Notes under the pieces: generated by a model
Told to the model about the DNA's origin: nothing
The model's input: the letters and a program-made list of their open reading frames with translations, nothing else
Databases searched by the model: none
Assembly (NCBI GenBank): GCA_032718475.1
Contig: JAUCBJ010001563.1
Span: forward strand, 11,240-75,239
Reading direction: 5' to 3'
Origin: Nemertoderma westbladi
Lineage: Eukaryota; Animalia; Xenacoelomorpha
Length of the DNA: 64,000 nt
Shown here: piece by piece, positions 24,603 to 35,889 of the stretch
Layout of the letters: each line of letters begins with the position of its first letter
Position numbering within the stretch: the first letter of the stretch is position 1
Position numbers and translations under genes: made by a program

Positions 24603-25554
24603 TTGGAGAGATATGTGAGATATTAATTTCAAGAAAAATTACGCGATTCCTAAATTTGTACACTACCCGGTTAAAAAGTACGCATGTGATTAGTCCTACA
24701 ATTGCGCCAATAAAAGATAAGTTATTTTCGGTAAATCATTCGAGGTAAAGACCCCTAGATCCCTTCCTATAATAAATGTATAATAACAAACACCTCGAAA
24801 AATACAGCTTGCCAACACATTGTTACTATCAGTAATAGCACATCACATCATAAACGGTGTGACACGTACGCGTACAATAGTTCATAATAGTCCATCACAG
24901 CTACACACACACCTTGACCCGTATTATAGTGTTATAATCTGGTGACAAGGAACCCACCAAATTGTTCTTCAAATCTTTATCATATTGCTTTAAATTTGAA
25001 AAACAACTAGTTCAACTTACCGTCGATGTCCACATGCTAGAATTTTCTATTTTACCCTTAATATTTTTTATGTTTTTATGTTTTTTAAAAGAGTTTTTAA
25101 AAGTGTCTTTTGCGAAGTCGCACCCTTCGCATCGCAGCCATTCTTCACAAGATTTTTATCATTCGAAAGCTTGCGTTTCAAGGATTCTATTCCAAATATG
25201 TATCAATGTCTTCGATTCGTTGAGAAACATCTGATATATGGACGTTAAAATATTAGATAATTAATACAAATCTGTGTGAAATATCGAATTCGTTTTTAGT
25301 CTGTTCAAGTTTCAAATGTTTCATTAATTATTATTTCGATCATCCACAAAATGAAATTCCCATACTATAAAACTCTAAAAACTGTCACTAAATGGTATTA
25401 ATGATTAAAAGTGAACTTTACTATTAAACATAAATATATTTTTTAATGGAACCAGTAATTAAGAAAGAGATGACGTGTGTGTATATTAGTGCTGAACACT
25501 GAAATAGAAACATGGATAAATCTTGAAAAGAAATTGATTGATAAATTCGAACTT

Positions 25555-28080
25555 ATGGGTAGAGTTAATATATTTGCCAGACTAAAACCAACTCCAAACA
25601 TCTGTGAGTATTACCGGAACTCCAATGATGTCATTGAGGTTAATATGCCGGATACTCCTTTACCAGGAAGCAGAACAACGTCATCCACTACCCAACACCG
25701 ATTCGAGTTCAATCAAGTACTTGATATATACTCATCCCAGGAGAAAGTATTCGATGCTACTACCAAAGGTATAATAGAATCTTTCATTGAGGGTTACAAT
25801 GGGACCATCATGGCATATGGACAAACTAACAGCGGCAAAACCTTTTCCATACATGGTATAAACGATAAACATTCTCATAAAGGCATTGCACCACGAGCTT
25901 TAACTATGATTTATGGAAAACTACCAGAAAAATCAGAAGTAAACGACGATATTTCAATAAACATTTCGTATGTAGAAATTTACCAAGAGACATGTTACGA
26001 TCTGTTGAGTCCTGTTGTTTCTTCATTCAATGGAGCTGCGAGTTATCCAAAGGTTTCTGTACTCGAGACTTGTGGAGGTGATTACTCTCTACGCAATGTT
26101 AGCGTTCACCCTGCACCAAGGGAGGACATTGCACAGGCTTTACTAAACCGAGCTGTATTAAGTCGCAGTACATCGGAAACCACAACAAATCCGACATCCT
26201 CACGATCCCATGCTATATTTACTATCCACCTGAGTATCAGACATGGAGAAACTTCGCGACACTCTAAACTCCACTTGGTAGATCTGGCGGGATCCGAACG
26301 TGTTTCAAAGTCACGAGTTGATGGCGTTCGATTGAATGAGGCGAAATTCATAAACCGGTCACTCCATCATCTTGAACAAGTTATTATTGCTCTGCAAGTT
26401 AGTGAGCGCAACCACTCAGGCCGCTTTGAAACTCATATACCTTATAGGAATTCATTGCTGACAATGTTGCTCAGAGACAGCCTGGGTGGTAACTGTCAGA
26501 CATCAGTGATAGCGACAATGTCCATGGATATAAACAACATTGGAGAAACTCTATCAACCTGCCGTTTCTCCCAGCGATGTGCCTGTGTCTCAAATAATCC
26601 AGTTCGTAATGAAACACTAGATGATGCTGTTGTGATCCGTCAGTTGAAGAAAATAATTCACGAATTGGAAAGAAAAATACAAACTTTAACGGCACCATTA
26701 ACTTCCAAGTCGCATAGCATTGACTATGAAGATCTTGTTAATAAGTTTATCGATGGTGAAGTTGATAACATTGCACAATATGGTGTTAACAATGTAGAAG
26801 CCTTTAATTTATGCTTAAATATTTTGAAAACCAGAATAAACACTAGAGATCAAATAAGCCCGACAGTAATGACATCAGCCCAAGACACATCTACATCACA
26901 AGTTAAAATGTATAACAGTAGAGACATCCAAGGTCAGGTGAATATAAATATAACTGAAACTGCCGTATTTGATGGTGATTTAATTACAAATGGAGATAGT
27001 GGTTCCTCTAACAATGATCAAAGGAAAGAACATCCAAGGAAATTGTGTACTCCTTATGAACGAAAGAAAAGCAAAGAATTACAAGAACTAAATATTCAAA
27101 TCATCGATAGAGAAATAGAACAAAAGAAATCCGTGAGGAAGTTGGCAGAAGAACGGATGATAATAAAAATGCAACGATTGGATATTACAAAACAGGAATT
27201 GGAAACTCAAATAGAAATGTACAAAGACAGAGTTGAAAATCAGCGAGGGTTTGTGCTGCAGATGATACATGGGGGTGATTTATTGGATGATATTGAACAG
27301 GAAAAGATGGCAGAACACTTGTTAACGAAGAAGTTAAAAAAGTACCAACATCAATTGGCGACAGTTAATGGGCAAATAGGAGTACTTGATCGAAAATATT
27401 TGAAGAAATATGATGAAACAGCAGAAGAATCATATGCACATGAAACGTTGGATTGTAGTAATTCCTTACCCAAGTATCTCACAAGTAATATTGTTTCGCC
27501 AAAATATAAATCTCGGCTTGTCTATGACTATCTGAAAAATAAAGAGGATGACCAATTGAAAAATGATCAACAAATTAAAGAGGCAGCTCGGTGGCGTAAG
27601 ATAGAAGAGTTGGATAACAAAGAAAAATTAACACGACAAAAACTCCAAGCTCTAAAACTATCCCTAGGTACTACAGGTGGTTATGGCAAGAAATCTCTCC
27701 AAACTAATGATTCTATTACTGGATCAAAACTATCTAAAACTGAGCCAATCTCTGTAGAATCCATTACTAATTCCACAGCCAGCTTGTGCAACCAACATGT
27801 CAATAATGGGTCTATAGGAGAATACAAAAGCGCTAATGAAGCTGCGATAATTGTTGGTGAGAAGGGTAAACCAACTCTGTTTGGATCTCAGAAAGACACA
27901 GACCTCAAAAATTATAACTCAGATGCATACAACAACAGCTCTCATATTGCCATCATTGATAAGAAAGACTCTCGTTCCGAAACCAGAATAGCAGATAAAC
28001 GATTGGAATATTTATTTACAAATATTATACAAAGTCAAAAAAATGGGTTGGTTGGAGAACACTGTTTTAGCGAGGCATAG
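25555..28080 (+). CDS. KIF6: Kinesin-9 family motor, KIF6-like, intronless
   Basis: GYNGTIMAYGQTNSGKT, SYVEIYQE..YDLL, SSRSH, LVDLAGSER, EAKFINRSLHHLEQVIIAL, HIPYRNS.LT..LRDSLGGNC; coiled-coil tail; probable start is the ATG of MGRVNIFAR; symbol means closest family member, orthology untested. Confidence 0.85.
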   Translation: MGRVNIFARLKPTPNICEYYRNSNDVIEVNMPDTPLPGSRTTSSTTQHRFEFNQVLDIYSSQEKVFDATTKGIIESFIEGYNGTIMAYGQTNSGKTFSIHGINDKHSHKGIAPRALTMIYGKLPEKSEVNDDISINISYVEIYQETCYDLLSPVVSSFNGAASYPKVSVLETCGGDYSLRNVSVHPAPREDIAQALLNRAVLSRSTSETTTNPTSSRSHAIFTIHLSIRHGETSRHSKLHLVDLAGSERVSKSRVDGVRLNEAKFINRSLHHLEQVIIALQVSERNHSGRFETHIPYRNSLLTMLLRDSLGGNCQTSVIATMSMDINNIGETLSTCRFSQRCACVSNNPVRNETLDDAVVIRQLKKIIHELERKIQTLTAPLTSKSHSIDYEDLVNKFIDGEVDNIAQYGVNNVEAFNLCLNILKTRINTRDQISPTVMTSAQDTSTSQVKMYNSRDIQGQVNINITETAVFDGDLITNGDSGSSNNDQRKEHPRKLCTPYERKKSKELQELNIQIIDREIEQKKSVRKLAEERMIIKMQRLDITKQELETQIEMYKDRVENQRGFVLQMIHGGDLLDDIEQEKMAEHLLTKKLKKYQHQLATVNGQIGVLDRKYLKKYDETAEESYAHETLDCSNSLPKYLTSNIVSPKYKSRLVYDYLKNKEDDQLKNDQQIKEAARWRKIEELDNKEKLTRQKLQALKLSLGTTGGYGKKSLQTNDSITGSKLSKTEPISVESITNSTASLCNQHVNNGSIGEYKSANEAAIIVGEKGKPTLFGSQKDTDLKNYNSDAYNNSSHIAIIDKKDSRSETRIADKRLEYLFTNIIQSQKNGLVGEHCFSEA

Positions 28081-28299
28081 ACCACTGCCGGAAACCATGA
28101 ACAGTTTAATTATGTAGTACAGTATAATACACAGTCTATCCGACTACCTTTAAATTACATTTTAATATTATTCACACTGCGATAAATATAACTTTTCTTA
28201 AATCTGGTCATGGGATGGAGGTATTGCCTTATGTGTTATTTAAAATGAACAACTACAGTATTACTGTAGTTTTATTTAACTGTGCCTATTTCAAATATA

Positions 28300-28518
28300 G
28301 GGATTAAAGGTACAACTTTTGACATAATTTTGATATGGATAAACTTTGTACATTGCTGGACGTTGCCATCCCTCAATTTTCTTTGGACTTCCGTTAGGCC
28401 TAATTCCAGTCATTTTTATGGTCACATTTGCCATTTGTGGGCAGATGTGGGGATCGAACCCACGTCCTCCGGAAAGATCTGAATTCAATGCGACCGACCA
28501 CTACACCAAGGTGGAACC
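28300..28518 (-). mobile_element. tRNA-derived SINE
   Basis: Minus strand ggttccaccttggtgtagtgg...gtgggttcgatcccc; head shared with 3770-3840, body different. Confidence 0.65.
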
Positions 28519-28749
28519 TGCTTTTGTTTTGCTTGTTTGCTTGCTAACTTGTTCCTAAAACAAAATTGCTGCCCTAGTAAGGCAAGGCGGTAAGGGAAAA
28601 CTAAGTAAACTAATAACAACTGTTGTTGTTGTTGGCACAACAATAGACCGCGGTAAATTTAACACAGCAGAGGGGCAGCTACTTAGGTCAGTAGTGCTCA
28701 TGACGCAGAACAGCCTAAAAGACATGGCCGTGGTCAAATCAAGTAACCA

Positions 28750-29932
28750 GCACTTTTCAGTTTGAACACAAAACTTTTAATTGACTTATTCGATGCTACA
28801 AATTCACATTTTCAGATTTATTGGGGCGCTGATTCTAATGATATCATTTCTAATTTGCCAGATAATTGCTACTCGTATTTTTCGGCGTAATTTGGCAAAT
28901 TTTTGTGCCAGCACCAAATTTCGTACCCATCAACAAAAAGTACAAGTTTAAGATGTCCCATGAAGTTTTTATTGATTCCATCGGATTGAGGACCCTCATA
29001 AACCCGTTTATCATAAGAAACAATATGATACTATCTTTTGATCAAATTGCTTATTTTCATAAATTTGGTGGTGGTACAAAAATTGTCACCGACCGCCGCA
29101 AAATATAAGTTTGAAAACTTTTATGCGATTTTACTTATTACATTGAATTCAGAACCCTGACAAACTCGTATAACGCAAGAAAGAGGGTGACACAATCAAT
29201 TGATATATTTGATGGCTTTCAAAATTTGGTGCTAGCACCAAATTTTGCATAACTCCCGAAAAATACAAGTTTGAGATCTCTAGTTAGGTAATTGTTTATA
29301 CCACCATTGAATTCAGAACCCCCATAATCCGCTAAAATGCGAGAAATAAGTTGTCAATATCAATTGAACTATTGTATGGGATTTCAAAATTTCGTGCAGG
29401 CACCAAATTTTGCACATAGCCTTGAAAAGTAAATTTTGATATGCCTGGTGCAATTCATATATATTACATTGAAACTAGAACCCCGAAAAACCACTATTAC
29501 CCAAAAAAGAGGTTCAAACAATTAATGTACAAAATTTATATATTTCAAAATTTGGTGCTGGCATCACAATTTGGCACCCGTCGAAAAAAGTTTGAAATTT
29601 CTAGCTTATTTTATATGAATTCCATATAATTGCGTACATCAAAAACTAGTCTAAATCAAAAATGGAGATGTTACAAATCATATTTCATGAAATGTAATTT
29701 TAAAAAAACAGCTAAAAAAAGTGCCAAAAGTAAGTTTAAAAAATGGTGCTATAACTCTAAAACTTCCAAATATTTTTAAAAACCGCTTCCATTATTAGGT
29801 AAGACAATATATCTTTAGGAAAAGACATAAAATTTCAGATTCCCAACTGCGTTTGTTTGAGAGTTACTGTAGAACAAAAAACCACGGGGAGGTCCATATT
29901 GACACTACCGGTATCCCCCGTGTTTAATAGGG
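28750..29932. mobile_element. piggyBac-type non-autonomous element (right part) with internal tandem repeats
   Basis: Ends ...gtttaataggg|ttaa; 29460-29932 homologous to 51480-51967; repeated aaaatttggtgctagcaccaaattt units. Confidence 0.7.
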
Positions 29933-31507
29933 TTAAAAGGTTATCATTAGGCCTACCCCTACAATCTAAGTGTTTGAAGATAATTCCGTAAAGAATTAGG
30001 TCTACAGTATGCTGGGCCGCAGCAGATACAAGAGGAGTAGACCCACTCCACCATTCCCTGAAACATCTCCTGAGGGGTGAATGAACTCACAGCCATCCCA
30101 CCCACCCCCCCCCCCCCCCCCCTTTATTAGTAAATGCTGCACACTTTAACAAACTGCACCTTACCGAATTGTAGTGACAAAAATACCGTAGGTCTCTTTC
30201 CTGTATTGCAGTTGTAGTGACAGTATTCCTATCCTAGTAATGACTATTGACAGTCCCTATCCTACCGATAAATCAAATGTCTGTTTGATGTGATTTAATT
30301 TAATGTTATCTGTATGCCAGTGTGCTTGCATACTTTTTATCGGTTGCTTGTGTGTATGAATAATTTCTAACCAATATTGATGGTAATTTCAAACTATCAA
30401 ATTACTGAGAGACTTTGAATGACACTATAGCATATTGTACCGGTATTGTATTCGAATAGTAGGCCTACATTAAAGTAATAATAGTTACTCTACTGGGTGT
30501 TATTGGCAGTTGCATACAAAATAACATTATAGTATCACAATACAAAACTGTATACTGTATACTAACTGTACTCAGTCAGTAGTAGTGACATAATGTAACT
30601 CCATGCCACCCTGTAGTATATAATACATACAACCTACTGCTGGGTACCAGACTGTGATTGAATCAATCATCAAACAAATCATCAGGTGGCCTGTGTGATA
30701 TAAAACGCCAAGGCCCTGATTCCAGCTCTGCAGTATATCCGGTGACAAATTGTTCCCCCAAATCTACCATTGACATTGCACATTGCTGTCACTATCTCTG
30801 ACATTTGACCACACACAATATCCACATATTGGACAACACTTTATTCAGCCAGATATACAGTATACATTAACGGACTCACAAATTGAGATTCAAATATACT
30901 GTATGTATGATATTTTCTAGATAACAAAGTCACTGAAACTGCCGCTCATCACACAAAGTGCTGTTGGTACCTATACTATAGACTATTATCCGATACCAAT
31001 AAGTATATACAGTAGAGAAGTACTCTTCTAGTAGTGGAAAACTTCGCCCACGAGAAAGCTTCGCCAGGAGCAATATTCACCCTCAAAATGAGTGTTAACA
31101 ACCTCGTTTATTGTTTTAGTTAGAAAAAATCGTCTCAGTAACCTATCGGGTCTGTAACCTTCTCCTTTCCCACAATCGGGCGAAGGTTGGACGCGGGAGA
31201 AGATTTCCCGCGGGCGAAGGTTGGACGCGGGCGAAGATTGCACCCAACCTGTGCATGCGGTTAAGATAATAATAAATAAACCTGTTTCACTTTCTATTTC
31301 CAACCACGTCCTATCTGATTTAAATAAAGATATATAAAAATAAATTCATCAGTAATTCTCGAGGGAAATAACAAAACGAGGGCCGTAAAAGAACAAGGCC
31401 AACTATGAACAATGGCGATCTAAATTAATATAATATTTGTCAGGGAATTATTCGTAAATTAGGCAATTAAACTTTCTAGAACAACCTTGTAACAGGAAAG
31501 TTATCTC

Positions 31508-31580
31508 GTGCCAAATTAGTGTAGTGGATATTGCGTTGGGTTATGAATGTAAAGGCCGCTGGTTCGATTCTGACCTATTG
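31508..31580 (+). mobile_element. tRNA-like SINE head / tRNA pseudogene
   Basis: tagtgtagtgg and ggttcgattc boxes; acceptor stem does not pair convincingly. Confidence 0.5.
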
Positions 31581-31676
31581 CATTTTTGTAACTTTTAGAA
31601 TTGTGAACTAGTAATAAGGTTTATTAGAATGACGTCATGTGTTTATGTTTAGAATGACGCAGTGACATACTGGATA

Positions 31677-32418
31677 TAATAATAATAATAATAATTGTAT
31701 TTATAACCCGCCTATACAACAATACAGTAGCTCTAGGCGCACAGACTATGAGATAAGTAGAGTTCTAAAAATTCCAAATTACACAATTATACAAAAATGG
31801 AAACACATGTGCTTTTAATTATCAAAAATGTAAATAAACGCCCACCACGTATACAGATATGTCAACAATCAGGTGCCTAGCTACTATTGTAAAAATGAAA
31901 TGAAGTAAATAATTAAAACTGAAGCAGCATTATACAAAAATACATTGCAATATTAATTAATTAAGTAGAATTTAAAATCAGCAATAGTATAGTTATAAGT
32001 AAAAGTTATAAGTAAAAGTTATAAGTAAAAGTTATAAGTAAAAGTTATAAGTAAAAGTTATAAGTAAAAGTTATAAGTAAAAGTTATAAGTAAAAGTTAT
32101 AAGTAAAAGTTATAAGTAAAAGTTATATGTAAAAGTTATAAGTAAAAGATCTAAAATTCCAGCAAATAATTAAGTAGAGTTTAAAATCGGCAATATTAAA
32201 ATCGAAAGTAAAAGTTCTAAAAATCCCAAATATACAATATTTTTAAATCGCTTAAAATCGGCAATAGTAAAGTCAATCACCATACTCGGTGTTAAACTAA
32301 AAAGTCTTCAAGTTTCTTAAAATGTCAAGGCTGGAGGAGTTTCTAATCGAATAGGGTAACGCATTCCACACTAACTGCCAACAGCAGCAGTTAGAGGAGC
32401 GCAGATTACGTGTGGGGT
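31677..32418 (-). mobile_element. L2/CR1-group LINE, 3' end
   Basis: PTRNLRSS...WNALPYSIR, 3' UTR ending gcgcctagag...ggcgggttataaatacaa(tta)n; continues at 49395 across the LTR insertion. Confidence 0.8.
31991..32147. repeat. 13-bp minisatellite (agttataagtaaa), ~12 units
   Basis: Direct reading; lies in the LINE 3' UTR. Confidence 0.95.
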
Positions 32419-33576
32419 TGTAAAAGCTTTTGCGGAATTAGCCGGTTATTTTCCCCGTAAAGTACTCTGTAGTTGGTTTAACAGGCATAAAAGGCCGTAT
32501 CCTTACTGTACTGGTGTTTTAGTGGACATAAAAAGCCATTTCTTCTGTATGTGTACTTTAGTGGACATAATTAGCAAATCTATGTCGCAATACGCGAAAT
32601 CCTCTTGAAACAGTGTAGTTACTATGACGACAGCTAACAGCTGATCTGTACACGTGTAGCTTTTTTCCTTGTTCTCTGGTGTTTCTTTGTTCGGTCAACC
32701 AATCGGAGCGATTCTCCTGCTTTTTGTACAGAAACCTCCGGGAAATCGCGCAATGCATTATGGGTCAATGTTTACATTTTGTCCTGAGCCCAGAAGACCG
32801 GCTTTGGAATCTCTGTGTTTTCAGTGTTTAGCCCAACATTAGTAGGCTTAATTATAGAACGTATATCTGTTATCTTACATATCATAACAATTTATACCTT
32901 AACATTTTGCTGCTATTTACTGTCGGTTATTCATTATATCAGTTGATGGAATATTATTATATTTGGAATATCTATAAATAATTACAAAACCCTCAATCTT
33001 CTTGATATACTGAAGGTAAGAGAGACTGGTTACATATAACGATTGCGACTTACATTAAAGTGGCTTTGAAGTGAATCTAATGCTATTTCATAGGCACTAC
33101 ATGTATTGGTTGTTGTTCTCTTTATATGTGACTAAAATTAGTGAAGGTCGGCAGATCGGTGTGCAGCATTGTGCAGTATTGTGTATGATTGTGACTGATA
33201 ACAAAGCATCTCCTAAAGAATGCGCTATATACGTGAATCCATAGCCATCCCGTTGTGTCTAGTTTAAGTCATAACTCTGTTTACATATTTAGAGCGCCAC
33301 GTCCTAAAGGAACTGTTAATATTTCCCGAAAGTGAATAATATTTGTCAGAGATTATATATTACGATCAGTCGAATAATACAGTAGGCCTACACCGCAATA
33401 AGGTTAGGCTTCCGAATCCAGTCTCCCAGGTATATCCAGCGGGTGAATGGTCGCGCATAGACTGGCTTCGGCTAATGTAGTGTATCAAATACTCGTCATA
33501 GGCTAAAGACGATTTATTATCTAGAAGACATCCCAATTTGGCAGGTTAAACTGCTAAAGGTCTGAAAGCGCGAACA
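32419..33576 (+). repeat. 5' LTR, 1158 bp
   Basis: tgtaaaagc...gcgcgaaca; about 11 substitutions versus the 3' LTR by eye (~99% identical). Confidence 0.97.
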
Positions 33577-33849
33577 ATAACAGATATTGCTTCTGTATTG
33601 CGGTAGGCAATAAAGCTGAAGTACCGGTTAACCGGTACCTAGTAGGCCTGACTACCTAACTACCCGGACCGGTACTTACAGCAGTACAGGTACAGCAGTA
33701 TTATTCGATTTGATAATTATATACCGGTAGGCCTTAATATTGAATCAGGGAGGGCCCGCCCTGGTTTTTTATTGAGATTTTACTTATTTCTGTCAGTTTT
33801 ATTTATTTGTAGGCCAATATTGAGCAGAAGGCGTGTAAGCCTGCTCAGA

Positions 33850-34432
33850 TTGTACAGATAATTTGTAGGCTGGACTGTTGTCTGACTGTTGTTAAGTCTG
33901 AAGGGACTGTAGTGTGTGTAGAGCGTATGTCCGAAAAAGTACTAGTTAGGAAAGTAGGGGCTTCCAGTGCTGTGAGGTAAGCCCCCTCGAAAGAATAAGT
34001 CGTACTACTCAGTTAGAACGCATACTAAGTAACCATTTCGGAGTCTGCATATACTGTAGTGTATTTAGGCTTGATAGTAGTCTGCCAGCGTTTGGTCTGT
34101 ACTTTGTTTGTGTAGTCTGTACGGGTAGCGTAATATTTCTTATTTAGATAATTTGTAGGCTGGATTTTGCCTGGCTGTTGTTAGGTCTGAAGAGATTTCG
34201 GTGTGTGTAGAGTGTATGTCCGATAAAGTGCCAGTTGGGAACGTAGGGGCTTCCAGTGATGTGAGGTAAACCCCCTCGAAAGAATAAGTCGTACTACTCG
34301 GTTAGAACGCATACTAACTAACCATTTCGGAGTCTGCATATACCGTAGTTTGTTTAGGCTTGATAGTAGTCTGTCAGCATTTGGTCTGCATTTTGTTTGA
34401 GTAGTCTGTACGCGTAGCGTAATATTTATTAT
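33850..34432. repeat. ~290-bp tandem duplication in the LTR-element leader
   Basis: agataatttgtaggctgga...gtagcgtaatattt occurs twice. Confidence 0.9.
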
Positions 34433-35379
34433 TCAGAGTTTATGCGATTATTCGCAACATTCATATCCCCAAGTTTATTCCTACAGTAATTGTGCTTGTT
34501 ATATATACCGTTATAGTTAAACTAACCCCGGTACTACATCAGGGCTGCTTGGCGTAGGTAAAGACTGGTGATTTTGTGCCCCGGTCACTCCAGCAGATGC
34601 CGTGGTTCTTTTAGCTGTTCAAGTATTTTTAACTTCTGATTATTTGTTGTATAAGTACTTGTACCTAATTTAGGGTTTAGTGTACAGTGCTTTCCGAAGG
34701 TGATTAGTGTGTGGGCAGTATATTTGTGTTGTAAAGTGGTTAATAGGCACGTTGGTTCTGGTAGACCGCGGTAATTAACTTCTAGGTAGGAACACTCCGT
34801 GATACATAATGTAGTACTTATAGCGATACGGCTATAAGTCGTCAGACGGTGGCATTTTCCTATCTGGACAACGCAGTATATTTACTACTACTTATTATTT
34901 TCAAATACCGTAGTACCCTGTCCGTTGTAATAACCAGATATTCTAACCCTTTGTTAGGCTGGTTTGTACACTTCTTGTAAAATTACCCTAAAAATTCTTC
35001 CTTGTAATTTTTGTGTTTATTTAGAGATTGTAATCTCACCCCGAATTGTACGTAATTTGTAGTATTAAGTAACTTAGGTAAATTAGAATTATTTGTTTTA
35101 GTGTCCAACAAGTAGCACTTCACTGAGAGCGTACAGCTTCTGTGCGGTGACTCTTTCCCAGAAATAATAACATTTATTTCAAATATTGACAAAAACCCAT
35201 TAAACGGGTATACATATATTATAAATCAACTCAAACCGATTTATAAAATAGTAGGCCTGTCATACATCAATTAGGTCTTAATGTCAGTTTGACTACTGCT
35301 TAAATAACGGTAATCAAGTAAAGTAAAGTAAACAAGTAACCCCTAAAATTCAGAAATTCAATTATTCTAAAATAATTGA

Positions 35380-35760
35380 CATACCGGTATTTGCGATAGG
35401 CTTATTATATTTTTTTCTATAAATTTAGGCTGAAATTATACCGGTATTCTGTAATTAATTCTAGTCCATAATTATACTTATATATACTATAAGTGTAAGC
35501 TGTATACCGGTATTCACGATAGGCCTACTATATATTTCTATATATTTGTGCTGAAATTATATACCGGTATTCTGTAATTAATTCTAGTCCATAATTATAC
35601 TTATATATACTATAAGTATAAGCTGTATACCAGTATTCACGATAGGCCTATTATATATTTATATATATTTGTGCTAAAATTACATACCGGTATTCTGTGA
35701 CAAACCTAGTCTGTAATAATACTTATATATATACTATAAGTGTATACCGGTATTCTAATA
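35380..35760. repeat. ~125-bp tandem repeats x3 in the leader
   Basis: Recurrent tataccggtattc...gataggcc...ctgaaattata...ctagtccataattatac. Confidence 0.85.
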
Positions 35761-35889
35761 TATTGTATATATATCATGTTACATAGAGTAACGATATCGG
35801 TAATTAATTACTAGGCTAACGGTGATACTGAATTACTAGACTTGCTTTAACTGTAATATAGCAGTAGGCATTCAACTGTATAAACAAAC

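Larger units (their letters stand above)
24053..24831. mobile_element. Retrozyme-like element: inverted 5' segment plus ~1.3 tandem units of ~0.4 kb
   Basis: 24053-24298 is the reverse complement of ~24548-24779; 24301-24435 repeats as ~24707-24831; TSD gtaatagca(cat) at 24045 and 24832. Confidence 0.8.

Noticed and set aside
18543-29936. Giant piggyBac-like unit enclosing the kinesin (ttaaccatattag... to ...taatagggttaa)
   Set aside because: The left candidate end is degenerate and its subterminal sequence differs from the left end of the family seen at 51300; probably two independent relics.
31508-31580. Functional tRNA gene (also 28440-28518, 3770-3840, 24500-24560)
   Set aside because: A and B boxes are present but the cloverleaf stems are incomplete; these are SINE-type heads.
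32558-32758. Duplicated 66-aa ORF (also 48376-48576)
   Set aside because: Duplicated only because it lies in the LTRs; no coding signal.
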